DNA of 64,000 nt, taken from Actinomycetes bacterium (lineage in GTDB: Bacteria > Actinomycetota > Thermoleophilia > UBA2241). Positions within the stretch are counted from its first letter, which is position 1; the number at the start of each line of letters is the position of its first letter. The DNA lies in assembly GCA_029547745.1 (NCBI GenBank), contig JAKPOQ010000033.1, positions 59,129-123,128 of the forward strand, written 5' to 3'. Shown piece by piece: positions 6,973 to 17,742 of the stretch. The notes below the pieces were generated by a model. It was not told the DNA's origin. It saw nothing but the letters and a program-made list of their open reading frames with translations, and did no database searches. Made by a program: the position numbers and the translations under genes.

Positions 6973-9593
6973 CGCGCGTCCCACTGCAGGCGAGCGGCGG
7001 CGAGCTCCTCGTCGCGGCCGGCGACGACCCCGTTCAGCTTCAGGTGCAGCACCGTGCGCAGGACCTCGCCGAGGCGCGGCGAGGAGGGCATGCCCATGGC
7101 GAGGAGGTCGTCGCCGCTGATCTCGAGACGCACGTGACGGCTCACATCGAGGAAGCGCCCGAGACGGTCGGCGGCGATCCCGGTCTCGTCCGCGGCCATG
7201 GCGACGAGCAGCGCCTCGAGCGGCTGGCCCTCGGCGAGGTCGTACACTTCGGCCTCGGTCGGGCCGCGGGCGATGCGCGCGGCGAGTCGCCGAGCGACGA
7301 CGCCCGCGCGCTCGAGCACCTCGGCGTCGCGGCGCCGGATGCGCATGCGCCGCGCCCACGCCGCCGTCTCTTCCGGGGCGAGGTCGTGCAGCAGCACGAC
7401 GAGTCGCAGGCGCCAGGCGGGCACCTCGGCCTCCAGGTTGTGGCGCCGGCGAAGGGCGTCGGCGCGCCTGACGAGAGCCCGTTCCGGTGCACCGGCCCGC
7501 AGCCGGCCGTGGATGGAGACCGTGAGCCCGAGCTCCTCGAGCCGGCGCAGCGAGAAGTCCACCTTGTCTTCGTCGAGCAGCAGGAGGAGCTCGTCGCGCA
7601 GGCGCGCCGACGAGAGGTCGCCGACGAGGTCCATCGCGCTGCAGGCGCAAGCGAGGTTGTAGGTGTGGGCGTCCATGCGCAGGCCGTAGCGGTTCTCGTA
7701 GCGGATCGCGCGCAGGATGCGGGTCGGGTCTTCGATGAAGCTGAGATTGTGGAGGACGACGATGCGCCGCGACTCGAGGTCGCCGAGCCCACCGAAGAAG
7801 TCGAGCAGGGCGCCGTAGGAATCGGGCTTCAGCGACACGGCCATGGCGTTGATCGTGAAGTCGCGCCGCGCCAAGTCACTGCGGATCGTCGCGTGTTCGA
7901 CCTTGGGCAGCGCGGCCGGGTAGTCGTACGACTCCGAGCGCGTCGAGGCGACGTCGACGCGCACCTCGCGGCCGTCCTCCCTGGGGATCACCACGACCGC
8001 GGTGCCGAACTTCTCGTGGGCGCGCACGCGACCCTTGACACGCCGCGCCAGCGCCTGGGCGACCGCGATGCCGTCGCCCTCCACGGCGATGTCGAGGTCG
8101 ACGTGCGGTTCGCCCAACAGCAGGTCGCGCACGGCTCCTCCGACGAGGTAGACGCCGCGTGCCTCGACGGCGACGGCCTGGATCTGCTCGAAAAGGTCGT
8201 CGAGACCCAGCGAGGCGAGGCGGCCGGCCACGTTCGTCGCCGCCTCGACCGGCGGCGGCTCGGCCGGCCGCCGGCCGACCGCCTCACGTCGCGTCACCAT
8301 GCCGACGACGTCGGCGCGGCGTGGCGCGCGGTCCGACGCCTCGGGGCCGGGGCGTACCACGGGGACCCACCCCAGCGACCCGGCGGCGATCACTCGCGCC
8401 GCATGGTCCAGGGGTTCGTCGGCGGACACGCAGGCGACGCCCGACATCATGACGGCCTTGATCGGGGCATGGCCGAGGCCGTGGCCCGCCGCCCGGTCCA
8501 GATCCGCCAGGGACACGGTCCCGACGAGCCGATCGCCGTCGAGAGCGACGAGACCGTCGATGTCGAGGCGCCGGCAGGCGATGGCGGCCGCGTCCACGGA
8601 CTCGTCGATGCTCACGGCGTGCAGACCCGGGGCGATGACGTCGGCGACCGTCACGACCGGCGCCAGGGCGGCCGCGGCAGCAGGGACGAGGGCCGCCCTG
8701 ACCGCCTCGAGCGGCTGGTCCTTGACGACCGCCGAGGCGGCGGCCGCATGCCCGCCGCCGCCGAGCGCGGCGAGCGCGGCGGCGACGTCCAAACGGCCGC
8801 CGCGACTGCGCGCCGTCACGAACACCCGGTTCTCCATGGCCACGAGCAGGAAGAACGCATCGCAGCCCGTGAGGTCCATCACCCGGTGCGCCACGACGCT
8901 CACGCCCTCGACGTAGAGCTCCTCGCGCAGCGCGGCGAGGAGCACCGTCGCGCCCGGCAGTCCAAGGTCCTCGCAGGCGTCGAGCGCCGCGGCGAGAGTG
9001 TGGCGCTGCGGCACCGTGAGGGCGTTCGTCAGCCACTTCTCGAGCAGCGCCGGGTCGGCGCCGTGGCGCATGCAGTATGCCAGCGCCTCGGCGTCCGCCG
9101 GCGTCGTGGTCGAGAAGGCCAGCGAGCCGGTGTCCTCGTGGATGCCCATGGCGAACACGGTGGCCTCGAACGGCGTGACCTCGATCCCACGCGCGACGAT
9201 GATGCGCAGCATCAGCGTCACGAGCGACCCCGTCGTCGCGGTGACGAGGTTCTCCGGGCTGATGAACGGCGGCGGCGCTCCGTCGAGGCCGTGGTGGTCG
9301 AACGCCACCACCTGGACGTCGTCCCGCTCGCAGAGCGGAGCGAGCTCGCCGATGCGGCCGGCATGGACGGTGTCGATCAGGATCAGGCGGCGGACGGCGT
9401 CAAGGTCGACGTCGGCCGGGTCGACGACCGGCACGAGGTCGGCGTACAGGGCCTGGAACTCGCGCACGTTGCGGTTGACCGAGCCCCCCAGGCTGATGAC
9501 CGCTTCGGGGTACAGTTTGCGCGCCGCCACCGTGGCCGCGAACGCGTCGAAGTCGGTGTTCGTGTGCGCGGTGATGATCTCGCGGGCTCTCAT
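6969..9593 (-). CDS. cca: DHH/DHHA1 phosphoesterase - CBS pair - CCA tRNA nucleotidyltransferase / poly(A) polymerase fusion protein
   Basis: N-terminal DHH (ITAHTNTDFDAFA, DHH) and DHHA1 (GGGGHAAAASA) domains, two CBS domains, then a Pol-beta head domain (GGAVRDLLLGEPHVDLDIAV, RRDFTINAMAV) and a tRNA-binding body; start placed at MRAREIIT (ATG 9593), alternative ATG at 9644. Confidence 0.8.
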   Translation of the reverse strand: MRAREIITAHTNTDFDAFAATVAARKLYPEAVISLGGSVNRNVREFQALYADLVPVVDPADVDLDAVRRLILIDTVHAGRIGELAPLCERDDVQVVAFDHHGLDGAPPPFISPENLVTATTGSLVTLMLRIIVARGIEVTPFEATVFAMGIHEDTGSLAFSTTTPADAEALAYCMRHGADPALLEKWLTNALTVPQRHTLAAALDACEDLGLPGATVLLAALREELYVEGVSVVAHRVMDLTGCDAFFLLVAMENRVFVTARSRGGRLDVAAALAALGGGGHAAAASAVVKDQPLEAVRAALVPAAAAALAPVVTVADVIAPGLHAVSIDESVDAAAIACRRLDIDGLVALDGDRLVGTVSLADLDRAAGHGLGHAPIKAVMMSGVACVSADEPLDHAARVIAAGSLGWVPVVRPGPEASDRAPRRADVVGMVTRREAVGRRPAEPPPVEAATNVAGRLASLGLDDLFEQIQAVAVEARGVYLVGGAVRDLLLGEPHVDLDIAVEGDGIAVAQALARRVKGRVRAHEKFGTAVVVIPREDGREVRVDVASTRSESYDYPAALPKVEHATIRSDLARRDFTINAMAVSLKPDSYGALLDFFGGLGDLESRRIVVLHNLSFIEDPTRILRAIRYENRYGLRMDAHTYNLACACSAMDLVGDLSSARLRDELLLLLDEDKVDFSLRRLEELGLTVSIHGRLRAGAPERALVRRADALRRRHNLEAEVPAWRLRLVVLLHDLAPEETAAWARRMRIRRRDAEVLERAGVVARRLAARIARGPTEAEVYDLAEGQPLEALLVAMAADETGIAADRLGRFLDVSRHVRLEISGDDLLAMGMPSSPRLGEVLRTVLHLKLNGVVAGRDEELAAARLQWDAR

Positions 9594-9625
9594 AGCACCG
9601 CAGTATACGGGAGCGCCGGCAAGGT

Positions 9626-11782
9626 TCAGGCGCGCAGCAGCCACGCGAGCTCGTCGCCGAAGGCCTCGTCGACCGCCGCCTTGAGGGGCGCGTTGGTCGG
9701 GCCGGCGAGCTCGCCGTCGGCGTCGAGGATCGTCGTGGCGAGCGCCCGGGCGCGCACGAGGGCGTCGCGGTCGCGAGCCAGGCGGGCGAGCTTGAGGTCG
9801 GGCACGCCCGCCTGCCGCGCGCCCATGACCTGGCCCTCGCCGCGGATCTCGAGGTCGCGGTCGGCGAGCTCGAACCCGTCGTTGGTCTCGAGGAGGGCCT
9901 CGAGCCGGGCTTTGGCCGCGCCGCTCTCGGCGCTCGAGAAAAGCAGGCAGTACGAGCGCGCCGTGCCCCGGCCCACACGGCCGCGAAGCTGATGGAGCTG
10001 GGCGAGGCCGAAGCGCTCGGCGCCCTCGACCAGCATCACCGTCGCGTTGGGCACGTCGATGCCGACCTCGACGAGACTCGTGGCGACGAGGACGTCGATC
10101 GTCCCCGCCTTGAAGTCGGCCATGACCGCCTCGCGCTCGGCCGGCTTGAGCTGACCATGGACCACGCCGACGGTGAAGTCGCGGAACTCCCCCGCCCGCA
10201 GGCGCTCGCTCTCCGCGACCGCGGTCGCGGCCGAGATCGACTCCGACTCGTCGATCGCCGGGCAGACCACGAACGCCTGGCGTCCCTTGCGCAACTGCCG
10301 GCGGACGAACTCGTAGCCCTCGCTGCGGCGCGCCTCGTCCACCACCCGCGTGACCACGGGCTGGCGTCCCGCCGGGGCGCCGGCCACCGTGGTGACGTCG
10401 AGGTCGCCGTACACGGTGAGCGCGAGCGTGCGGGGTATGGGCGTCGCCGTCATGTGCAGGACGTGCGGCGCCCGCCCGGCGTTCTCGGCGCGGCGCACGA
10501 GCTCGTCGCGCTGCTCGACCCCGAACCGGTGCTGCTCGTCGACGACGAGGAGCCCGAGGGCGCGGAACGTCACGTCCTCCTGCAGCAGGGCGTGCGTACC
10601 GACGACGATCGCCGCTTCGCCGCCGGCGATGCGCGCGAGCGCCTCGCGGCGCTCGCGCGCCGTCAGGGCGGCGGTCAGGAGCTCGACGGCTGCGAGATCG
10701 CCCATCAGGCGCCGCGCCGTCTCGGCGTGCTGCCCGGCCAGGGTCTCCGTCGGCGCCATCAGTGCGCCTTGCAACCCCGACTCGACGGCGCGCAGGAGGC
10801 AGAACAGGGCGACGACCGTCTTCCCCGAGCCGACGTCGCCCTGGAGCAGACGGCGCATCGGCGTGTCGCGGCGCAGGTCGACCTCGATCTCGTCGAGCGC
10901 GGCACGCTGGTACGCGGTCAGGGTGAACGGCAGTCCGGCGGCGAAGGCGGCGCTGAGCCGGCCCGGCGCGGCGAACGGGGTCGCGCGCACGCGTTCCTGC
11001 CGGAGACGCTTGTGCAGCAGAAGGCCGACCTGCATGAGCACGAGCTCCTCAAGGACGAGGCGAGCGCGCGCCCGACGGGCGTCGTCCGGCGTGCGGGGCT
11101 GATGGACGGCGAGGGTCGCGTCCGCACGCGTCGGCAGGCCCTCCTTGAGCCGCAGCCAGGCGGGCAGCGGGTCGCCGAGACGGCGCATGTCGTCACGCAC
11201 GCTCTGCATGAGGCTGCGCAGCAGGCGCGCCGACACCTGCTCGCTCGCCGGGTACACGGGCACGAGCCCCTCGGTGTGCACGCTCTCGTCGTCCTCGCCG
11301 AGGATCTCGTGGCTGCGCACAAGGAAGGTCGGCCGCCCGCCCCGGGGACGGAAGGTGCCGCGCACGCTGAGGTACGTCCCCGGTTCGAGCACCCTGGTCA
11401 GATAGCCCTGGTTGAACCACGTGGCCTCGATGGTGCCGGTGTGGTCGCGAACGACGGCGCGCACGACGGTGACCCGTTTGCGCGCCGTCCGCTCGGCGGA
11501 GACCTTCTCGACGAGGCCGCGCACGGTCGCCTCCTCGCCCAGCTTGAGGTCGCGCACGTCCTTACGGTCGCGGTAGTCGGCGTAGCGCCGGGGGAAGTGC
11601 TCGATGAGGTCGCCGACGGTCTCCAGGCCGAAGGCGGCCAGGCGGCGGGCGGTGACCTTGCCGACGCCAGGCAGGCTGTCGAGCGGCCGGCGAAGCCCCG
11701 TGGGGTCGATGCGCAGACGGGTGGGCGGCGGCTCGCCGCCCGGCGTGCCGGCGAAACCCGGAGGGAACGTCGTCCTGCTCAC
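9626..11782 (-). CDS. recG: ATP-dependent DNA helicase RecG
   Basis: 718 aa with wedge domain, Walker A (GDVGSGKT), DEQHRFG helicase motif and the TATPIPRT motif. Confidence 0.93.
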   Translation of the reverse strand: MSRTTFPPGFAGTPGGEPPPTRLRIDPTGLRRPLDSLPGVGKVTARRLAAFGLETVGDLIEHFPRRYADYRDRKDVRDLKLGEEATVRGLVEKVSAERTARKRVTVVRAVVRDHTGTIEATWFNQGYLTRVLEPGTYLSVRGTFRPRGGRPTFLVRSHEILGEDDESVHTEGLVPVYPASEQVSARLLRSLMQSVRDDMRRLGDPLPAWLRLKEGLPTRADATLAVHQPRTPDDARRARARLVLEELVLMQVGLLLHKRLRQERVRATPFAAPGRLSAAFAAGLPFTLTAYQRAALDEIEVDLRRDTPMRRLLQGDVGSGKTVVALFCLLRAVESGLQGALMAPTETLAGQHAETARRLMGDLAAVELLTAALTARERREALARIAGGEAAIVVGTHALLQEDVTFRALGLLVVDEQHRFGVEQRDELVRRAENAGRAPHVLHMTATPIPRTLALTVYGDLDVTTVAGAPAGRQPVVTRVVDEARRSEGYEFVRRQLRKGRQAFVVCPAIDESESISAATAVAESERLRAGEFRDFTVGVVHGQLKPAEREAVMADFKAGTIDVLVATSLVEVGIDVPNATVMLVEGAERFGLAQLHQLRGRVGRGTARSYCLLFSSAESGAAKARLEALLETNDGFELADRDLEIRGEGQVMGARQAGVPDLKLARLARDRDALVRARALATTILDADGELAGPTNAPLKAAVDEAFGDELAWLLRA

Positions 11783-12663
11783 TCCACGATCATGGTGAAG
11801 GCCGCAGCTCCCGGGCCGATGTGCGTCCCGACCACGGCGCCCACCTGGGTCGCGAAGACGAACTCGGCGTTCGGCCGCGCCTGTTCGATGAGCTCGCGGA
11901 TCTGCGCCGGCTCGGTGTCGTTGAGCGCCTCGATCACGGCGAAGTAGACCGTGTCGTCGGGTCGCGAGTTCTCGTCCAGAAAGCGCTCCATCGCGGCGAA
12001 CGCCTTCTTCAACCCCCGAACCTTGGCGTAGCCTGCGAGCTCGCCGTCGACGTTCGTGATCAGCGGCTTGATGTCGAACACGTCGCCCACCAGCGAGGCG
12101 GCGCGCCCGATACGTCCGCCGCGACGCAGGTACTCGAGCGTGGCGGCGTGGATCAGCAGCTTCTCGTTGGCGATGAAGTAGGCGATGTAGTCGCGCGCCT
12201 CGGCGAGGGAGCAGCCCTGCGCAAGCCGGGCGCGCAGCCGCTCCGCCAGCAGCGTGATCGGCGCTGTGACCGTCTTCGTGTCGTACACGTCCACCCCGTC
12301 GACGGCCTCGGCCGCCCGCGATGCGGCGCCGTACGTGCCGCTCATCTTGCTCGAGAGGTGCAGCGAGAAGACGTGGTCGTACGTCGCCCTGACCTCCCTG
12401 TACACGGCGAGGAAGTCGGCGACCGTCGGCTGCGAGGTCGTCGGGAGCACGGAGGACGCCTGGAGCTTGGCGAAGAACTGCCCGTGGTCGAGGTCGACGC
12501 CGTCCCGGTACGACTCGTCGCCGAAGTGCACGGTGAGGGGCACGACGAAGATCCCCGGCGTGTCGACGTACCCCTTCGGGGGATCGCCGGTCGAGTCGAG
12601 GACGATGGCGGTGTTCTCGAGCGTCAGTCCTGGCACGAAAGCTCCCTCACTCGGCGCCGGCAA
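11779..12663 (-). CDS. degV: DegV family fatty-acid-binding protein (FakB-like)
   Basis: 294 aa DegV fold (IVLDSTGD, SSKMSGTY); ATGA overlap with recG. Confidence 0.88.
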   Translation of the reverse strand: MPAPSEGAFVPGLTLENTAIVLDSTGDPPKGYVDTPGIFVVPLTVHFGDESYRDGVDLDHGQFFAKLQASSVLPTTSQPTVADFLAVYREVRATYDHVFSLHLSSKMSGTYGAASRAAEAVDGVDVYDTKTVTAPITLLAERLRARLAQGCSLAEARDYIAYFIANEKLLIHAATLEYLRRGGRIGRAASLVGDVFDIKPLITNVDGELAGYAKVRGLKKAFAAMERFLDENSRPDDTVYFAVIEALNDTEPAQIRELIEQARPNAEFVFATQVGAVVGTHIGPGAAAFTMIVE

Positions 12664-14260
12664 GGATCGGGTACAGCGGCTGTCCGCCCTCGTAGATGTG
12701 CACCTCGAGGTCGGGGGCGACGGACGCCGCCACCTCCGCCAGGCGCGCGGCCGTGGTGGGCGATCCGTTCAAGGCCGTGAGGACGGTCACGACCTCGGCG
12801 TCGGCGGCGGCGAACGCCTGCACCACGCCCGCGTAGACCGTCTCGAGGTCGTCGGCGACGGTGACCAGACGACCGTCGACGAGACCGATCGCCTGGCCCT
12901 TGCGCACGACGACGCCGTCGACCTCGGAGTCACGCACGGCGTGGGTGATCTCGGCGCTTCGCAGTCCCCGGAGGGCGTTCTCCATCGCCCGCGCGTTCCC
13001 GACAGCGTCGTCATCGGCGGTGAACGCGACCATCGCCGCAAGTCCGGCGGGCATGGAAGTCGTCGGCACGACGGCGATCCGTCGCCTGCTCATCCCGGCG
13101 GCCTGCTCGGCCGTCAGTATCACGTTCCCGTTGTTGGGGAGCAGGATGACCTCGTCGGCGGCGAGCGTCTCGACCGCCTCGAGGAGCTGCGCCGCGCTCG
13201 GGTTCATCGACTGTCCGCCGTCGACGATGGCGTGGCAACCGAGCTCGCGGAAGAGGCGCTTGTTGCCTTCCCCGGCAACGACGGCCACGACCACGGTCGC
13301 GGGGGCCTCCGGCGGCGCGCCGAGCCGGTCGTCGCGCGCCCGCGTCTGCTCGTGCATGTCGTTGATCTCGACTTCGCCGATGGCGCCGTACCTCAGCACT
13401 TCACTGAGGACGACCCCCGGGTCGTCGGTGTGGACGTGGATCTTGACGAGCCGCTCGTCGCCCACGACCAGGGCGCTGTCGCCGATGCGCCCGAGGAAGG
13501 CCTCGACGGCGTCGCGATCGACGCACTCGCCCTTGATCAGAAGGCTTGTGCAGTAGCGGTAACGCGACAGTTCGGACGGCTGAGTGAGCGTCACCGGCGG
13601 GGCGCCGGGAGCGCGCGGCGCCAAGGTTGCGCCGCGCACGCCGGCGCCCCCAGCCGCCACCCGGGCGAGCCCCTCGGCGACGCCGCGCAACAGCACCAGC
13701 AGGCCATACCCGCCGGCGTCGACCACGCCGGCCTTCTGTAGGGCAGGGAGCTGATCCGTCGTCTTCTCGACCGCGACCCGCCCGGCCTCTTCGACGACGA
13801 CGAGCACCTTGTCGAGGGCGAAGCTGTCGGGCACGCCCTGGGCGGCGGCCGCCATCTCGCGGATGACGGTGAGCATCGTCCCCTCGACCGGTTCCTTGAC
13901 GGCCCGGTAGGCGGCGCTGGCCCCTTCGGCGAGCGCCGCTTTGAACTCGTGGGCGCCGAGGAGGTCGGACGCGCTCCAGACGTCGCAGACGCCACGCACG
14001 ATCTGCGACAGGATGACGCCGGAGTTGCCCCGCGCGCCCATCAGCGAACCCTTCGTCACCGCGGCCGCGACGGCGGGCACGCCGTCCTCGTCCCCCTGTC
14101 GGAGTTCGTCGACGACGGCTCTCACCGTGAGGGCGAGGTTGGTCCCGGTGTCACCGTCGGGCACCGGGTACACGTTGAGGTCGTTGATCAGGCCCCTCTC
14201 TGCCTCGACGGCGGCGAGGGCGGCTTCGATGACCGTGAGTGCCGCGGCGCGGACGTTCAA
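12647..14260 (-). CDS. fakA: DAK2 domain fusion protein YloV (fatty acid kinase FakA-like)
   Basis: 537 aa; N-terminal Dak2 domain (NVYPVPDGDTGTNL) plus a C-terminal DegV-like/FakA C domain; found in the conserved asp23-yloV-degV-recG arrangement. Confidence 0.88.
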   Translation of the reverse strand: MNVRAAALTVIEAALAAVEAERGLINDLNVYPVPDGDTGTNLALTVRAVVDELRQGDEDGVPAVAAAVTKGSLMGARGNSGVILSQIVRGVCDVWSASDLLGAHEFKAALAEGASAAYRAVKEPVEGTMLTVIREMAAAAQGVPDSFALDKVLVVVEEAGRVAVEKTTDQLPALQKAGVVDAGGYGLLVLLRGVAEGLARVAAGGAGVRGATLAPRAPGAPPVTLTQPSELSRYRYCTSLLIKGECVDRDAVEAFLGRIGDSALVVGDERLVKIHVHTDDPGVVLSEVLRYGAIGEVEINDMHEQTRARDDRLGAPPEAPATVVVAVVAGEGNKRLFRELGCHAIVDGGQSMNPSAAQLLEAVETLAADEVILLPNNGNVILTAEQAAGMSRRRIAVVPTTSMPAGLAAMVAFTADDDAVGNARAMENALRGLRSAEITHAVRDSEVDGVVVRKGQAIGLVDGRLVTVADDLETVYAGVVQAFAAADAEVVTVLTALNGSPTTAARLAEVAASVAPDLEVHIYEGGQPLYPILAGAE

Positions 14261-14622
14261 TCCTGCAGGTCCTCGACCCGCACCGTGATGTCGGTCACGG
14301 GGATGCCCGTGACCTGCTCGAGGCGGTAGCGCACCTGCTCCTGCAGGTTGACCGTGACCTGCGCGAGGTTCACGCCCCGTTCCATGACCACGTGCAGGCT
14401 GACGCGTACCCCGGCGTCGCCGGCTTCGACGTCGACGCCGTCGGCCAGCGCGTCCCTGCGCAGGCGGGCGAGACGCCGCACCGGCGAGGACTGCATGGCG
14501 ACCACACCGTACGTAGCGCGCGCCTCGGCTCCGGCGAGCTTGGCGACGACGAGAGGCGCGACGACGAGCTCGCCGCTCATCCCGGAGCCGTCCAGCGGCA
14601 GCCTCACCTCGTTGCCGGTCAT
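14257..14622 (-). CDS. asp23: Asp23/Gls24 family envelope stress protein
   Basis: 121 aa DUF322/Asp23 fold; ATGA overlap with the DAK2 gene; alternative start at MSGEL (14580). Confidence 0.8.
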   Translation of the reverse strand: MTGNEVRLPLDGSGMSGELVVAPLVVAKLAGAEARATYGVVAMQSSPVRRLARLRRDALADGVDVEAGDAGVRVSLHVVMERGVNLAQVTVNLQEQVRYRLEQVTGIPVTDITVRVEDLQD

Positions 14623-14628
14623 CGCTGC

Positions 14629-14856
14629 TCAGCCTGCCTCTCGCGCGCCGCTCTCGCAGGCGGCGACGAGGCTGTCGAGCTCTGCTACCAGGGCCTCAGG
14701 GTCGACCTGATGCATGATCGCTCCCGTCTCGATCGTCTCGGATGAGGCGCAGATACAGAGCGGGCACGACATGCCGTGCGCCTCGAAGACGGCGCACGCC
14801 TGCGGATGAGATTCGAGCGCCTCGAGGATGGACATCTCTTTGCTGAACACGGCCAT
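14629..14856 (-). CDS. DUF1858 domain protein (hybrid-cluster-protein-associated redox disulfide protein)
   Basis: MAVFSKEMSILEALESHPQACAVFEAHGMSCPLCICASSETIETGAIMHQVDPEALVAELD matches the DUF1858 CxxC pattern; start taken at ATG 14856 (GAGG 4 nt upstream), the longer alternative runs to 14964. Confidence 0.5.
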   Translation of the reverse strand: MAVFSKEMSILEALESHPQACAVFEAHGMSCPLCICASSETIETGAIMHQVDPEALVAELDSLVAACESGAREAG

Positions 14857-14934
14857 GAGCCTCGTAGCGGCGTCGCCTGCGGGCAGAACGACAAGCAGGG
14901 CCGTCCCGATGCGCCACGTAAGCAACTGCTCCTG

Positions 14935-14967
14935 CCGTTTGCGTGACCCGGCCCGCTGGAGCATAAT
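14935..14967 (+). promoter_or_regulatory. Putative rpmB promoter (-35 TTTGCG, -10 CATAAT)
   Basis: TTTGCG-N18-CATAAT located 36 nt upstream of the rpmB ATG within the divergent intergenic region. Confidence 0.35.
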
Positions 14968-15003
14968 GGCGGCCCGTCACCGAATCAAGCTGAGGGATAT
15001 CCC

Positions 15004-15195
15004 ATGTCCAAAGTCTGCGTGAGCTGCGGCAAGGGCCCCGTGGTCGGCAACAACCGCAGCCACTCGAACCGGGCGACGAAGCGCCGCTTCGAGCCCAATC
15101 TCCAGCGCGTGCGCATCCTCGTCGACGGGCGGCCGACGAACGCATACGTGTGCGTCCGCTGCCTGAAGTCCGGGCGCGTCCAGAAGGCGCTCTAG
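15004..15195 (+). CDS. rpmB: 50S ribosomal protein L28
   Basis: 63 aa [37 protein letters not shown]... is textbook L28; it is the only plus-strand gene and lies divergent to asp23/yloV as in Firmicutes. Confidence 0.93.
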   Translation: MSKVCVSCGKGPVVGNNRSHSNRATKRRFEPNLQRVRILVDGRPTNAYVCVRCLKSGRVQKAL

Positions 15196-15231
15196 GCTCG
15201 CGAGGGCTCCTGCCGTCGGCCACGTGACCCG

Positions 15232-15696
15232 TCAGGGCAACACGCGGCCCAGGTTGGCCATCTCGAGGGCCGTCGCGGCGGCCGACCAGCCCTTGTTCCC
15301 GGCCTTCGTGCCGGCCCGCTCGACGGCCTGCTCGATGGTGTCGGTCGTCAGCACGCCGAAGACCACCGGCACGCCGCTGTCCAGGGTCACCTTGGCGATG
15401 CCTTTGGCCGCTTCAGCAGCGATGTACTCGAAGTGCGGCGTGCCGCCGCGGATGACGGCCCCCAGGCAGAGGACGGCGTCGTAGCGACCGCTCTCGGCGA
15501 GGCGCTTGGCGACCAGCGGCATCTCGAAGGCGCCCGGGACCCAGGCGACGTCGACGTCGCCGTCGGCGACGTCGTGCCGCCGCAGGCAGTCGAGGGCGCC
15601 CTCGTACAGCCGGTTCGAGATCATCTCGTTGAAGCGGCCGACCACGAGGGCGAACTTCATCCCCTTGCCGCCGAGCTTGCCTTCGAACGTCGTCAT
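15232..15696 (-). CDS. ribH: 6,7-dimethyl-8-ribityllumazine synthase
   Basis: [23 protein letters not shown]... is a lumazine synthase; GGAAGGAG Shine-Dalgarno upstream of ATG 15696. Confidence 0.92.
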   Translation of the reverse strand: MTTFEGKLGGKGMKFALVVGRFNEMISNRLYEGALDCLRRHDVADGDVDVAWVPGAFEMPLVAKRLAESGRYDAVLCLGAVIRGGTPHFEYIAAEAAKGIAKVTLDSGVPVVFGVLTTDTIEQAVERAGTKAGNKGWSAAATALEMANLGRVLP

Positions 15697-15750
15697 CAGA
15701 GGCTCCTTCCACCTTCGTCGCACATGTCCCGGGCGCCAGTGCCGCTCCGG

Positions 15751-15796
15751 CTTCAGCCGGCGTCTCCGCCCGCCTTCAGCCGGCGCCTCCGCCCGC
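15751..15796. repeat. Head-to-tail 23-bp tandem repeat (CTTCAGCCGGCG[T/C]CTCCGCCCGC x2) between ribBA and ribH
   Basis: Units at 15751-15773 and 15774-15796 differ at one position and end 3 nt before the ribBA stop. Confidence 0.85.
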
Positions 15797-15799
15797 GGT

Positions 15800-17103
<1,304 letters not shown>

Positions 17104-17104
<1 letters not shown>

Positions 17105-17742
17105 CAGAACCCCGCTTCCGCAAGCTTCTCCCAGGTCAGCCCCCCGGGCGGCCGGCGCCGCTCGAGGAAGGCGTGGACGTACTTGGCGATCAGATCCGCC
17201 TCGAGGTTGACGCGCCGGCCGGGCTCGAGGCTCGACAGCGTCGTCACCGCCGCCGTGTGCGGGATCAGCGACACGCGTACGACCTCGCTCTCGACGCTCA
17301 CCGCCGTCAGGCTCACCCCATCGACGGCGATCGATCCCTGAGGCACGGTCACGACGGCCACGGACGGGGGGACGGCGATGTCGACGACGCCGGCGTTGGC
17401 CTCCGAGGTGACCCGGCGGACGACGCCCACCCCGTCCACGTGACCGCTCACGAGGTGCCCACCAAGGCGCCCCTGCAGCGTGAGGGCCCGCTCGAGGTTG
17501 AGCCGGTCGCCGGTGCGCCGCTCGACGAGCGTCGAGCGGCGCACCGTCTCGGGCATCACGTCGGCGCTGAACCCGTCCCGGCCCACCGCGGTCACGGTCA
17601 GGCACACGCCGTCGGTGAGGACCGACTCGCCGACGGCGAGCCTGTCGAGGACCGTTCGGGCGCCGATCTCGAGGACGGCGTCGCCCGGCCCCACGGTGAG
17701 GCGACGCAGCGTCCCGACCTCCTCTACAAGCCCGGTGAACAT
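17104..17742 (-). CDS. ribE: Riboflavin synthase alpha subunit
   Basis: 212 aa [10 protein letters not shown]... with duplicated lumazine-binding repeats; ATGA overlaps on both sides. Confidence 0.9.

Noticed and set aside
14857-15003. Longer DUF1858 ORF starting at 14964 (MLQRAG...)
   Set aside because: The extension would run through the rpmB promoter region and has no DUF1858 similarity. The ATG at 14856 with a GAGG upstream fits the typical domain length of about 75 aa.
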